From Octopus sinensis (lineage: Eukaryota): 64,000 bases of DNA. The notes below the pieces were generated by a model, which made no database searches, was not told where the DNA came from, and saw only the letters and a list, made by a program, of their open reading frames with translations. Positions 61,363-64,000 of this stretch are shown piece after piece (position 1 is the stretch's first letter; every line of letters starts with the position of its first letter). Position numbers and translations under genes: made by a program. The DNA lies in contig NC_043000.1 of NCBI RefSeq assembly GCF_006345805.1, forward strand, positions 138,198,001 through 138,262,000. The letters run 5' to 3'.

Positions 61363-61560
61363 GTTAATCCAAACAAGAAAGCACAAAAAAACAAAACAAC
61401 GCAAGGACGTGGAACAAACATAGTATTATTGGATGCTCAGGAAAGAAGGAGGGTTTAACATTTCGAGTGGAGCTCTTCGTCGGAAACATAGAAGAGGGAA
61501 AGATCCAGAGGAAAAAAATCGACAATGGTACACACGCGGTCACATTTTGAAAGACCGATA
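61362..61560 (-). mobile_element. Penelope-like terminal repeat abutting (TA)n
   Basis: GTTAATCCAAAC...GGACGTGGAACAA..TAGT.TTATTGGA.GCTC.GGAAAG is shared with 2037-2128. Contains a hammerhead-like motif. Confidence 0.6.
61453..61487 (-). ncRNA. Minimal hammerhead-like motif (core CCGACGA)
   Basis: Minus strand GUUU-CCGACGA-A-GAG(cucca)CUC-GAAA-UG-UU-AAAC. Helix I GUUU/AAAC. The UG after GAAA is compatible with CpG decay of GAAACGUU. Confidence 0.5.
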
Positions 61561-61884
61561 TCCTTTAAGTTCGTTCATGCGTAACTGTTTTGAACGACAC
61601 TTGTAAAGAGCTCCTATGCTATTTATTCTGGCTACTGTTCACAATTTCCATCTTCCAGGGTAATTTTATGCAATGGCCATTAGTCTAGTACTGCTATAGC
61701 ATAGGATGAATATAATAATAACAAGAACTTTTGGATGGAAATTCAAAAATTCCTTAATGCATTGTGTTCATGTTTGGATACCTTTCCTAATACCAACCAC
61801 TATACAGAGTATACAGGGTACTTTTAAAGTGACACTGGCACAGACAATTTTATGTGGCACTGGGACAGCCACTTTTACACAATG

Positions 61885-61908
61885 AAAATAATAATAATGA
61901 TGATAATC

Positions 61909-61936
<28 letters not shown>
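61885..61936. repeat. (TAA)n microsatellite
   Basis: Visible. Confidence 0.95.
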
Positions 61937-61957
<21 letters not shown>

Positions 61958-62256
61958 TGTGGTCGGTGAAGGAACACCCTCAGAAAAGGTCTATCAAAAC
62001 AACGAACTCAGCACTTGAACAACTCTGGACCCCTATCACAACTGATGAGGTCACCCAGATACTGCAAAACTAAGTAACTGGAAGACACCCACGCATGATA
62101 AGATCCTCAACTTCCAGTTAAAATATCTGGCTGAGAATCTTAATGACTTACTAGCAGAGCCAGAGACAATGCCTGAATAGCTCACAGAAAGGAAAACTAT
62201 CCTAATTCCCAAATCCACTGAAATGGCAAACCCACAAAATTACAGACCAATAAACT
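61936..62256 (+). mobile_element. R4/Dong-like RT N-terminal fragment directly after (TAA)n
   Basis: ITTDEVTQILQN..NWKTP..DKILNF.LKYL...NDLLAEPETMPE*LTERKTILIPKS...NPQNYRPI resembles the NWKAPG..I.NFW.K...PEWLT.G.T.LIPK..P.NYRPI pattern. Confidence 0.7.
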
Positions 62257-62829
62257 ACTATATTTGTGTCAAATTTCAGCACAGCAGTTTTGTGGGAGGG
62301 GTTATATCAATTTAATCAACTCCAGTGTTCAACTGGTACATATTTTATAGAACTTGAAAGGAAAGTCAAAGTGAACTACAATGGAATTTGAACCCAAAAT
62401 GTAAAGCTGACCAAAATGCTGTTAAGTAGTTCACCTGGTGTGCTAACAATTCTGACAGCTCCCTGCCTTTTATTTGTACCATTATGTTAGTTATAGATCA
62501 ATTGGTAAAGCTCTCTCTCTCTCTCTCTCTCTGTTACCATGGCTTTGAGTATGGAAAATTTTCACACTAAAATCTTCTATCCATCTTTTATTTATGTTTT
62601 GCTTGCTTCAGGCACTGGAGCTTCAGGCTTCAGGCCATGCTGGGGTACAAACACAAAAATACAAACATCCACACACACACACACATGCACGAACACATGC
62701 ATGCATACACACGCACATATACATGCATACATATTTATGTATATATATATACACACACACATAAACGTGCATACATATATATGCTGAGGATTTACAGATA
62801 CTGCATCTTGCATTTTGCATTTTGTAAGT

Positions 62830-63118
62830 GTTAATATAAAATCACGATACGTAGGTAATCGTTTTATTTTGTAAATTTCATTTGCTATGCTTATTTTTTA
62901 CATTTTAGCATTTGCTAGGTTTTATCTTGAGAACACACTTTTTCTAGTAAGGCGATTTGACTTCTATTTCTAGCATATAGGATTCCACTTTAGTGGTCAT
63001 TCCTCTCATTAATTGTAATATAATCTTTAAATCTTCCGAATTTTTTTTGATATACTAGACCACTGGTTTAAATTGATGTTAATTAATTGATATCAATTTC
63101 TACCCTCAGTATTTTAAT
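62830..63118 (+). repeat. Unclassified TA-flanked interspersed repeat (copy 2)
   Basis: Homologous to 25038-25250 and ends at (TA)n. Confidence 0.45.
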
Positions 63119-63147
63119 TTATATATATATACATAGATATATATATA

Positions 63148-63237
63148 TGTGGCACCTTGGGCAAGTGTCTTCTACTATAGCCGACCAAAGCCTTGTGAGT
63201 GGATTTGGTAGACGGAAACTGAAAGAAGCCCGTCGTA

Positions 63238-63279
<42 letters not shown>

Positions 63280-63499
63280 TGTGTGTGTTTGTGCATCTGT
63301 GTTTGTCCCCTTAGCATTGCTTGACAACCGATGCTGGTGTGTTTATGCCCCCGTTACTTAGCAGTTCGGCAAAAGAGACCGATAGAATAAGTACTAGGCT
63401 TACAAAAGAATAAGTCGAGTTGCTCGATTAAAGGCGGTGCTCCAGCATGGCCACAGTCAAATGACTGAAACAAGTAAAAGAGTAAAAGAGTAAAAGAGT
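63148..63499 (+). mobile_element. SINE-A, 5'-truncated, after (TA)n
   Basis: Starts GTGGCACCTTGGGCAAG and ends (GTAAAAGA)3. Confidence 0.9.
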
Positions 63500-63799
63500 A
63501 CACATATATATATATGGTGGTTGTCTACTCCCTATGCAGAGTTTAACCACCTCCTGTACCTACAACTTAGAACCATCATGGTATCTGATGTAGCTATAGT
63601 AGAACTCACCTGCCCAAGGTATCACACATTGGGACTGAACTCAGAAGTATGTGATTGGGAAGCAGGCTATTTGCTATGTTAAGGACAATAGATTGCTGTA
63701 CACATTATCCCACTATAAGAATTAGAATCTGGTTCATACTCAATGACAACGCTGCTTAGAGCAGGAGCTGAAGTTGTGTACTCATAGGTATTTGCTATC

Positions 63800-64000
63800 A
63801 TCACATCCGAACGTGGCTGTAGCCAGCGCCGCGCGACTGGCATCCGTGCCGGTGGCACGTAAAAAGCACCATCCGACCGTGGCCATTGCCAGCTTCGTCT
63901 GGTCCCCGTTCCGGTGGCACGTAAAAAACACCATCCGATCATTGGCCATTTGCCAACCTCGTCAGGCACGTAAAAAGCACCCACTACACTCACGGAGTGG
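63800..64000 (+). mobile_element. RTE 3'-end fragment cut by the window end
   Basis: Hairpin modules, then GCACCCACTACACTCACGGAGTGG. Confidence 0.85.

Overview
AT-rich, microsatellite-dense animal genomic DNA that is almost entirely intergenic or intronic. The repeat repertoire (several tRNA-derived SINEs with swapped tails, an RTE LINE with an (ATG)n tail, very dense TA/CATA/ATC microsatellites) points to an octopod cephalopod; this is inference from repeat style and I could not search a database. I could not support any host protein-coding gene, true tRNA/rRNA gene or CRISPR array. Most ORFs in the supplied track come from microsatellites or SINEs. The dominant feature is a young, 5'-truncated RTE-clade LINE (51412-57583, 8-bp TSD ATGAATTG). 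Its ORF carries a complete C4HC3 PHD-type finger inside the reverse transcriptase, and its 3' UTR has expanded to about 3.3 kb of modular stem-loop repeats. A second theme is a set of Penelope-like termini with minimal hammerhead ribozymes that have non-canonical cores (U3:A8, C4, U6). These sit in (TA)n tracts, which also receive an RTE-like 3' end and a SINE that shares that end. The rest is about 45 SINE copies of at least 4 head types, about 11 short RTE 3' fragments, mariner, maT, piggyBac, hAT and Helentron-like relics, other LINE relics, and several local inverted or direct rearrangements. Coordinates were read by eye, so repeat boundaries are approximate to a few bases or tens of bases.
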